NCBI RefSeq assembly: GCF_006345805.1
Contig: NW_021832139.1
Span: 1-64,000 of the forward strand
Length of the DNA: 64,000 nucleotides
Direction: 5' to 3'
Source of the DNA: Octopus sinensis
Lineage: Eukaryota
A program made the translations under genes and the position numbers. Under the pieces are notes generated by a model. That model worked only from the letters and a program-made list of their open reading frames with translations. It was not told the origin of the DNA and searched no databases. Below are positions 54,701 through 64,000 of this stretch, one piece after another. The stretch's first letter is position 1; each line of letters begins with the position of its first letter.

Positions 54701-54746
54701 ATTTCAGTACCGGTTTCGGTCATTTTGAGACCTTTTCAACTGTAAC
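54701..54746 (-). ncRNA. Minimal type I hammerhead ribozyme with U3-A8 compensatory core
   Basis: Minus strand cag-UUGAAAA-GGUC-ucaaaau-GACC-GAA-ACCGGU-A-cug: stem I CAG/CUG, stem II 4 bp, palindromic stem III, GUA cleavage triplet. Confidence 0.7.
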
Positions 54747-55466
54747 GATTAAATAATTAAATTTAGAAAAATTAGAAGAAAAGTTTTTTTAAAAGAATAT
54801 TTCTATAGTAGTGTTCAGATTTAAGTGGCATTCTGCCTTTCTCTGACTCCCTGTTTGCACTTGTGTGTTCGAGGTAGTTGTGAGTTCTTGGTAGGGTAGT
54901 AGAGGAAGAAGGCTGGTGAGGAAGGGGGGTGGGATAATCGGGAGTGCCCTGATGGTCGTATTTTGAATGGTCAGTGGCAGCTGGCAGTCTCAGTTCAATT
55001 CAGGAGAATATTTATATTGACAGGCTTGTTTATAGAATTAGCGTAGGTGTTATACTAAAAAAAACATAGTGACAAAGTTAAGGGGTAGGGGGTGGAGAAG
55101 TAGAAGAAGAAGAAGAAGAAGAGAAGAAGAGAAGGAGGAGAAGATGAAGATGATGGTGATGGGGTGATGATTATGACGACGATGATGATGATAATGATGA
55201 TGATGAAGAGAAGAAGAAGAAGTAGGAGGAGGAGAAGGAGAAGATGGTGGTGATGATGGTGGTGATGATGATGACGACGATGATGATGATAATGATGATG
55301 ATGAAGAAGAAGAGGAAGAAGAAGAAGAAGAAAAAAACAGAGAAGGGAGAATATGAATGGGTGTAAGTATAGCTATGAAGGGGCTGATTAGTAATGGATT
55401 CTATGGAGTGTAATATTTGTGTGTGTATATATATTTTTTTTCCTTTTATTCTAAAGTTGAGGTATA

Positions 55467-55935
55467 TTAATTGTTTGTCGTAGACCCGTTAAGAAGTGGC
55501 TTGTATTTTGTAATAAAGAGATTGTCTTTACTTATTCGTTGTCTCGAGGTTGTATCGTCCCTAAATTGGTAGAGGGGGAAAATTCTGAAGTTTGGTGTTT
55601 TTTTGTTGGCGCAAGTATCTATGTGTTGGCTAAAAGCTATTTTTCTGTTTTGGGGAATTTTTATCTGGGATCTGTGCAGGGCCATTCGTTTACGCAAACC
55701 ATTTTTTGTTTGGCCTATGTACTGCTCTTGACACCCGGAGCAGGTTAGTGAGTATATTAGGTTCTCCGAAGCACATGTGAAGTTGCTTTTCACTGTAAAC
55801 CGTTGTCCCTGTTTGAAGGAGAACTCAGAACCCTCGATTAGATAGTCGCATATCCCGCAATTGGGTCTTCCACATTTTGTTACTGTCGGCTTCTGTGTTG
55901 AAGAGTTTATTCGGGCTTGTGTAAGGAGACTTTTC
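55467..55935 (-). pseudogene. Penelope-type GIY-YIG endonuclease domain (open, 5' truncated)
   Basis: KCGRPNCGICD...FTCASENLIYSLTCSGCQEQYIGQTKNGLRKRMALHRS...SQHI...FITKYKPLLN: the CxxxxCxxC, IY..C..C...YIGQT and R...H motifs of PLE endonucleases. Confidence 0.9.
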
Positions 55936-55979
55936 ATGGATCTATATATATATATATATATATAATATATATATATATA

Positions 55980-56012
<33 letters not shown>

Positions 56013-56157
56013 CATAGATGTGCGATTACGTACTCATTTATCATTTTATGTACTCAGGAGGAACCTGAAAATCTGACTCAAGACCCGAAAGTGTCGCGCA
56101 TCGTTGTTTTTACAAGATATATGTGTTTGAAAGTAGAAATGTATAACATATTCTTAC

Positions 56158-56274
56158 CTTGTTGGCCGGGCTGACCATCTTTTCCTGGTTTTCCTGGTAT
56201 CCCCGGTCTGCCCATAATGCCTTGGTCTCCTTTTGGGCCAACAGGGCCTGGTGGTCCAGTATGACCAGGATCAC
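56158..56274 (-). CDS. Collagen triple-helix exon, 13 Gly-X-Y triplets ([39 protein letters not shown])
   Basis: 117 bp. Acceptor tttatttgttttag| and donor |gtaaga. Phase 1-1, joins in frame to exon 58197-58313. Not in the ORF track because it has no start codon. Confidence 0.93.
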
Positions 56275-56362
56275 CTAAAACAAATAAAGATTGTGATTAT
56301 GTGTATCCGTGTAATATGATAGTGAGCGTAGTCTTTTTATATATTAGTATTTCTCTCTCCCT

Positions 56363-56399
<37 letters not shown>

Positions 56400-56410
56400 C
56401 CATCTGTCTG

Positions 56411-56487
<77 letters not shown>

Positions 56488-56829
56488 TTATCTATCTTTC
56501 TGTCTGTCTGTAGACACACTCATATGTATGCATGTATGTGTGTGTCTACATCCGCTTTACAAGAGCACAAAATTATACCTATATATAAATATTTATTTCT
56601 GCTGGTATTCTTGGGAAAAAGTTTTTACGCGGTATTCATTGTTCATTAAGAGATGATATATTTGAAGGACTGGTTGTTATATAAAATAGATTCCCGCATT
56701 GAAGTAGATATTTCTCAGGATAAAAACAAATTATTTCTGAAAGAATGTAAAGCTTAAAATATATCTGGTTCTCGAATTCTACAGTCTAAATTTTTTAGAA
56801 AGCGAAGTCGGTCAAAGTAACCCATTTGT

Positions 56830-57275
56830 TTAGGTTTTTGTCTCAAAATACTTAGGGATTTGCCCGCAATATATGATATATTTCCGCAATGCTAAACTTC
56901 CATCTGCATGTTCCATTGTTGCATGGTATTCTTTCTTAAAAATGCTGCATACTATAACTCCTTTTCTTATGTGGTACCACATATCTGGCCAAAGATGTTT
57001 CAGAATTAAGTAAATACCAAATCCATGCATCTCTGCTAGTTCCTCAACAGTTACGCTGGGATTTTGTTCCACCAGGGTTTGAAGGACGTCCTCTTGTCGA
57101 GCTCTACAGATCTTCCAGAATTCGGTTCGTCTTCTAGGCTGTAGTTTCCGGCTCAGAATTTCTGGAACCGCCGTTGACACTAGCTTACATTTATTGTCAG
57201 ATCTCCGTTGTTGCGTTGTTGCCTTTATTGAACTCATAAAGCAAAATATGCTGCTTTGTCCATTATAGCTTTGAA
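56830..57275 (-). pseudogene. Mariner transposase N-terminal remnant
   Basis: HILLYEFNKGNNAT ... RRFQKF*AGNYSLEDEPNSGRSVELD ... EDVLQTLVEQNPSVTVEELAE across frameshifts, the mariner HTH region. Confidence 0.8.
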
Positions 57276-57606
57276 AAAATAACTGTTAGAATTGAACTTA
57301 CACTATAATAAAGACGGGGCAAAATTACTACCTGCTTTAATAGCAAGTTGATGCAGGTAGTTTATCCCGTCCCCCTCCGACTAGTAGTTTATGCAATTGC
57401 AAAAACTACCTTAATTATGGGATGATCCAGTACCTACCTACCTACCTACCTACCTACATACATACATACATACATACCTACCTACATACATACATGCATG
57501 CATCCTTGCATGCATGAATGCATATATACATACATACATACATACATACATACATACATACATACATACATACATACATACATACATACGTACACACATA
57601 CACATA

Positions 57607-57925
57607 CTGGTACTCCGTCAATTACAACAACGAGGGTTCCAGGTGATCTGATCAACGGAAGTGTTTGCTCGTTATATCAACGTGCAAGTGGCTGAGTACT
57701 CCACAGACACGTGTACCCTTAACGTAGTTATCAGGGAAATTCAGCGTAACAAAAAGGGTACGAAGGCTGATATCTTAAAATACAGGTACAGCTCATTTTC
57801 GGCAGCTGAGTGGACTGGAGCAAAGTGAAATAAAATGTCTCGCTCAAGGACAAAAAGCACAGCCAGGCATCAAACTCATGACCTTACGGTTGTCAACCCA
57901 CTACCATAGGCACTAAACCACGTAT
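57607..57925 (-). mobile_element. SINE family D
   Basis: Matches 4160-4500 in reverse orientation. Confidence 0.72.
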
Positions 57926-57940
57926 GTATGCTTAGATGTG

Positions 57941-58054
<114 letters not shown>

Positions 58055-58196
58055 CATACATATATTCATACGTATAGTTATATGTATATTTGTGCGTTTG
58101 TCTTAGCGTCGAGTATTTATGATAATGCATGATTAGAGAGACGGGTACGAAGGATTAAGTTTCGTTACATGTCACTATATACTTCATTATACGTAC

Positions 58197-58313
58197 CTTT
58201 AGGTCCTCGAGGACCTGAGGGGCCTTGAGGACCTGTTAAGCCATGAAGTCCTGATTCACCTGGCTCACCTTTTGTTCCGATGTTACCTTTGTCACCTTTT
58301 TCGCCTTTTACTC
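58197..58313 (-). CDS. Collagen triple-helix exon, 13 Gly-X-Y triplets (GVKGEKGDKGNIGTKGEPGESGLHGLTGPQGPSGPRGPK)
   Basis: 117 bp = 13x9. Acceptor ttgtttttctattttcaag| and donor |gtacgt on the minus strand, split Gly codon at both ends (phase 1), uninterrupted Gly-X-Y. Confidence 0.93.
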
Positions 58314-58431
58314 CTTGAAAATAGAAAAACAATTGCATAATTAGTAGTAGTAGTGGTGGTAGTAGTAAGAAGAACAAAGACAAGAACAACAACAATAATA
58401 ATAATGGTTTCAAATTTTGCCACAGTAAATA

Positions 58432-59700
58432 TCTCCGTTGCTTTTTGTTCTCTGCATGATACCCCTGACTTTGGTACATAGGAAAATAAACTATAGGGAA
58501 AGTCCCAAGCAATCAACCACCTCCTCTTCATGAATGATTTGAAACTGTACGGCTAAGATGAGACATAAGTGAGTTTTTTGGTGAACACGGCCCACTGTTT
58601 TAGTGCTGATATTAGAATAGAATCGCGACTCAAGAAGTGCACAGTAATCTACCTAAAAAGAAGCGAGGTAGAGACTCTAGTAGGGATAGAATTACCGAAT
58701 AGAGGCTTGATTAAACAAATTGAAACGGAAGTATATCAATATCTTGGTGTATTGGAGTTCAACGAGATAATGGAAAAGATAATTGACGATGGAGTATTTC
58801 CGAAGACAGAGGTTGGTGTTGCGCTCAAAATTGATTGGATGGGAATAAAATCCACGCCGTTAATACTTGGGCGATAGCATCATTTCAGTATGGAGAGGGA
58901 ATTATGAAATGGCAACAGAGGAAAGTGAAGAAAATTGATACCAACAACAGAAAATGTTGACAGTACATGAAACCTTCCACCGTAAGAGTGACATCGTTAG
59001 GCTGTACTTGTCCAGAGGAAAGGATTGGAGAAGTTTGATCAGTTGCTATGACTGTATCGAAGAAGAGGAAAGCAGCTTAGTGTGGTATATAAAAAAATAC
59101 TGTGGGAGCCACTGTTAAAACACACAAAGCCCGTCTCATTAAAACTGAAAATTGTTTAACTAAATTTAAAATGGAAAAGAAAAAGTATGGACAGAAAAGA
59201 AAATGTACGGTCAGTTTGCAAGAGATGTGAACGCCAAGACAGATACAGACAACCGGTGTCTATGGATGAGGAGGAGTGACCCGAAGATAGAGACTCGTGT
59301 GCGCAGCTCAGGAACAAGCGTTAAGGCCCAACTATATTAAGTGCAGAATAGACAACACTACCTATAGCGACAGAATGTGCGATGAGAGGGGTGAAACGGT
59401 ATGAAACATCGTTAGCGAATGTGCGAAATTGTCACGATGCAAATACACAAGCCGCCATGACAATGTGACAATAATGATCCATTCGGAGTTCTGTGGAAAC
59501 CAGTGCATACAAAGAGCAAAGTCGTGGTATGAGAAAAATCTAGAAGTCACCGGAAATGAGAACTGCAAAATCATGTGGGATGCTAAGATCCAGAGCGATC
59601 ACCCGACCAGACATCGGAAACCGGACATTGTTGTGGTGGATAAAAAAGGAAAGAACATGTATGATAATCGACACAGCATGCCCCGTTGACAATAACTGTT
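58432..59700 (+). mobile_element. R4/Dong-like LINE fragment: RT C-terminus, CCHC knuckle and start of RLE; 3' end interrupted by SINE B
   Basis: SPLLFVLCMIPLTL; INHLLFMNDLKLY (YMDD-equivalent); YQYLGVLE; RMCDERGETV*NIVSEC; KYTSRHDNV; IMWDAKIQSD...RKPDIVVVDK. Stops and frameshifts present. Confidence 0.9.
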
Positions 59701-59712
59701 GAGGATTATTAT

Positions 59713-59935
59713 TAAGGCGGGAAACTGGCAAAATATTTAGCCCGCTGGACGAAATGCTTAGCGGCATTTCGTCTGCTGCTACGTTCTGAGTTCAAGTTTC
59801 GCCGAGGTTGACTTTGCTTTTCATCCTTTCGGGGATTGATAAATTAAGTACCAGTGAATCACTAGGGTCGGTATAATCGACTAGTCCTCATCCTACAAAT
59901 CTAGGGCCTTGTGCCTCCAGTAGAAAGGATTATTA
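59713..59935 (+). mobile_element. SINE family B
   Basis: taaggcgggaaactggcaaaa head, core and tail. Confidence 0.82.
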
Positions 59936-59944
59936 TTATTATTT

Positions 59945-60070
59945 TGTTTTTCTTCTTCTTTCAAATTTGCTTCCATTTCTTGCCGAGCGCCTTCCCGACT
60001 CCTAGGGCAATGAAACTCATAGTATACATTGGTAGGCCATTAAACCAAACTCAATAGTACGTTCATTTAA
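59945..60070 (-). mobile_element. Isolated R4/Dong-like 3'UTR between (ATT)n tracts
   Basis: Minus strand CCCTAGG...GCGCTCGGCAAG motif shared with 51041-51069 and 60832-60860. Confidence 0.55.
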
Positions 60071-60086
60071 ATTTTTTTTTTTAAGG

Positions 60087-60136
<50 letters not shown>

Positions 60137-60329
60137 GGTGTCACGCTGGCAGAATATTTAGCCCGCTGGACGAAAAACTAGGCGGTATTCCGCCTGTCGC
60201 TACGTTTTCAGTAAAAATTTTGCCGAGTCCAACTTTGCCATTCACCCTTTCGGGGTAACTCCAATGTTATTTTTCTTGGTGTCACAAGTAGAGTTTAATT
60301 GGAGTTTCTGCACACTGTACCTTGAAAAA

Positions 60330-60720
60330 CAGCCACAAGAGATATAAGCCCTTTTCATTGTGGAACAACATGAGTCAAGAGAATTTCATCAGGAGTCATA
60401 ACAAATATTATGACTTGCACGGAAGCTAGGACGTGTAGAGATTTCCATTTGGTGTACGCAGCAGAATGCACCAAGCACAACTTGATGTATGTTGTTTGTA
60501 CAACAGAACAATAAGACAAAAGATTCAATGGCGCAGATATGGAGTCCGGCACAACAACAGCAGTTCGACTGAACTTGCCGAACATTTTACATCGAGCGGC
60601 TGCAATTTTGGAAAAAAACCTGAAAGCGCATCTTCTCAGAAAATATTCTGAATCTGCTACACATCCAGTCCTCAAAATGCAAGAGGAGCAATATGTCTGG
60701 GATGAATAATGTAGCGGGCG
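60330..60720 (+). pseudogene. Degenerate Penelope-type GIY-YIG remnant
   Basis: IMTCT...HLVYAAECTKHNLMYV...KRFNG ... TELAEHFTSSGCNF resembles the PLE endonuclease VY..C....YVG.T..RF..H...LAEHF pattern. Confidence 0.6.
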
Positions 60721-60807
60721 AATTTCGTATTTATACAAAACTGCTTCATTAAATATTCTTCTTTTCTTTTCTTTTTCCTTTTCTTTTTTCTCTTTCTTTT
60801 TTCTTTT

Positions 60808-61028
60808 GTAATCTTCATGTTTGTCCAATCACTTGCCGAGACACTCTCAGCATCCTAGGGCGAGTGAAGGATAAGAGATGTTATCGTATGACTGAAATCT
60901 TGTTGGGGGTGGGCAGGGTAGAATGACGGGCGAAGTAGGGAAATGAATTGATAAGGTTTTTCTAAGGCTGTGAGCAGTACTTATCAGGAAAATCTTTTGG
61001 ATTTCCCTGAGACATGGTGCTCCTGGGA

Positions 61029-61030
<2 letters not shown>
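60808..61030 (-). mobile_element. R4/Dong-like LINE extreme 3' end
   Basis: IPGAPCLREIQKIFLISTAHSLRKTLSIH plus 3'UTR motif; 5' junction in (ATT)n. Confidence 0.78.
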
Positions 61031-61091
<61 letters not shown>

Positions 61092-62466
61092 CATCATCAT
61101 CATCATTATTATTATTATTATTTTTAAGCGCCGTTTGGATAAAGAATTGAAGCAAAACTATCTTGATAGTGGGCTTAGTCCTCTAAGTACTAGGTCACGC
61201 TTATATTTGTGATATCTGTAGGACAGTTCTAGTTGGATCGACAATCGAAAACAAGAAATGTTGATGCCACTTCAGCTAACCTTTGGTTATACATGACCTT
61301 ACATGGCCCTCGCTAGACTGCAGCCAATTAGTAAACGAGAAACGTAATATATTTAAATTTACATTAAAATAAAATTAAATAAAATTAAATCTATAATTAA
61401 TCTGAAATGATTTCCTTGTTATATTAATTTATCAATTTATTTTTTAATATTCTTTTCTGCTATTTAATGTCTTAAATATTCGAGGTTTGAGCCAAATTTT
61501 GGTATCATGCTTAACTTACCATGGTTTAAATTGGAACAAAATCTAATTAAAAAAAATTGAATAACGACAAAAAGAAAATATTGGCGAAATAAAAATTGAT
61601 AACAAAAATAATTTTAAATTAAAAAAACTCAATACAAAAAAAATTATATATTAAATAAAAGTTAATCAATAATTGCAAGTAATAAACAAATAATTATTAT
61701 TCTAGTGATTAATTTTTTTTCACATTTAGTGCAACCAGACACATCACTAACGTTGTCCTGTCTTTTATTCTCGCTTTTTTTCCCTACTTTTGCTTTGTAT
61801 GTTTGCAAAAAATCTTAATATGTTTAGTTTAATTTATTAAAACAAATAGCAATATAAATGAAGTTTGATAAATGAAATAACGAGAATACGATGATTGTCT
61901 AAATTTTCAACGAGAGAAAAGAATATGTTATATTTATAGTTTTATAAATATTTGTAATTTACAAATATTTGTATAAATATATATGTTTTTACCTGTTACC
62001 AATAAATGATTATTATTATGTTTATTTGAGGAGAAACGAAAAAAGAAAAAGGTGAAAGAAATAGATTACGTATGTGTATACGTATACAAACTGAAGTCAA
62101 CCCACCACTGTTTCTCACTCTCACTCCATCTCTGTTTCTGCCGCTACTCGTTATGCATGCATACATACATACATACATACATACATACATACATACATAC
62201 ATACATACATTCATACATACATACACATACGTAGATCGATAGATAGATACATACATACATAGACATATATATATATATATATTATATATATATATAATAT
62301 ATAGATATATATATATGGGTAGATTGACAGATAGGTCGATAGACATATATATATAAATATGCTGGTAGGGTAGATAGATAGATAGACATATACTTAGATA
62401 ACTTAGATATGTTTCGACCAAAGACTGGTCCAGGCCATGTCTAACTTAATAGCACCACCTGACAGG

Positions 62467-62501
<35 letters not shown>

Positions 62502-62520
62502 AGAAAGAGAGAGATAGAAG

Positions 62521-62598
<78 letters not shown>

Positions 62599-62735
62599 CA
62601 TGGATGTAAATTGGGATTTAGATTGTCATTATTCTTAAACAAGAATATTGACAGTGACTTCGAAGATTCGGCCAATTAAGTCATCATTATAACTGACCAT
62701 AGAAATAAACATTGCCAAGTATATATGGGTGTGTT

Positions 62736-62767
<32 letters not shown>

Positions 62768-63259
62768 TGTGAAAGTCAGTGTGAATGTGTGACTGTGAGT
62801 GGGTATTTGTGAATACAGAGAGAGAGAGACACACACACTCACACACACACACACATACACAACGACAGCGACAGTCAGACAGATAGGCAGACAGGGAGAG
62901 AAAAAAGAAGAGACACAGAGAGAAAAGAAGGGAGAGAGAGAAAGAAAAAGGGAGAGAGAGAGGGAGAGAGAGAAAGAGAAAGAGGGACTGAAAGAGTATA
63001 TGTATGTGCATGCGCACAAAATTATGCAAAATATAAAGAATACAGTTAAAAGTTTTCCGAAGAGTATAGGAAGTAAAATATTCCAAACCAAAATACATGT
63101 ATATGCGCATAGACATAGCCTAAACGCATGCGCGCACACACACACACACTCACACACACACTCACATACACACAAACGCACACACACACACTCACATACA
63201 CACTCACATACACACAAACGCACACACACACCACACACACACACACACATATTTATATA

Positions 63260-63390
63260 TACATACGATGGGTTTTCACTTTTTGTCTACCAAATCCGTT
63301 CGCAAGGTTTTGATTAGCTGGGAACGATAGTAAGAGATACTCGCCCAAGGCTGCACCCAGTGAGACTGAATACAGAGCCCTGCGTACACA
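63260..63390 (-). mobile_element. SINE family A, 5' half, diverged
   Basis: ctaccaaatccgttcgcaagg...gatactcgcccaagg...cagtgagactgaa. Confidence 0.65.
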
Positions 63391-63391
63391 C

Positions 63392-63442
<51 letters not shown>

Positions 63443-63659
63443 GATAGATACATACATACATACATACATACATACATACATACATACATACATACATACA
63501 TGCATACATAAATACATATAGTCATACAAATAAACATACACTCACTCTTTCAAATTTTGCATTTCATCCCAATGAAAGGTGAAGAAGTGTCTTTTAGGGT
63601 GTTGGATGAATTTCGTACACGCATTCAAGCATGTGCGAGCGCATGCGCATAAAAAACAT

Positions 63660-63695
<36 letters not shown>

Positions 63696-63841
63696 CCTTA
63701 CACGTACAAACATATATTAGCACATCCATACACACTCACATACACACACACAAACACCTTCAAACTTCCGTAAACACATGCGCCTCTAAGTACAGACACG
63801 CGCACCTACCAAACACACACAACAAACACACACATACACAC

Positions 63842-63899
<58 letters not shown>

Positions 63900-64000
63900 T
63901 TTGTTACGCTTTGCAAACAAAATTGGAACATGGTACTCAATAATTGGTGCACACAAAATGCTTCGTTATACGCACCGTTTGCGTTTACTCAACACCAGAA

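Larger units (their letters stand above)
54350..55942 (-). mobile_element. 5'-truncated Penelope-like element (GIY-YIG ORF end + 3' terminal region with hammerhead and inverted duplication)
   Basis: GIY-YIG ORF, downstream hammerhead motif, terminal inverted repeat; 5' junction lies in (TA)n. Confidence 0.75.

Noticed and set aside
62405-62450. Stem II + GAAAC motif on the minus strand
   Set aside because: No CUGANGA-like strand.

Overview
AT-rich, microsatellite-saturated animal genomic DNA. It is most likely a coleoid cephalopod (Octopus), an inference from the tRNA-derived SINE families and the extreme (TA)n/(CA)n/(TATC)n/(TACA)n/(ATT)n load. Nearly all ORFs in the supplied track are simple-repeat artefacts. 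The only host coding sequence I can support is two consecutive 117-bp, phase-1 Gly-X-Y collagen exons on the minus strand (58197-58313 and 56158-56274), and two further short minus-strand exons are weak candidates. The rest is intron/intergenic DNA filled with at least six SINE families, non-autonomous Helitrons, mariner remnants, RTE LINE remnants, Penelope-like (PLE) GIY-YIG remnants and many R4/Dong-like restriction-endonuclease LINE 3' ends. The most notable patterns are: (1) minimal dimer-type hammerhead ribozyme motifs with non-canonical cores in (TA)n-embedded PLE termini; (2) a head-to-tail stack of divergent R4/Dong LINE ends nested in one (TAA)n tract, sharing a short 3'UTR motif; (3) fold-back inverted repeats abutting (TA)n, including a ~380-bp near-perfect palindrome. 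No database searches or folding calculations were run.
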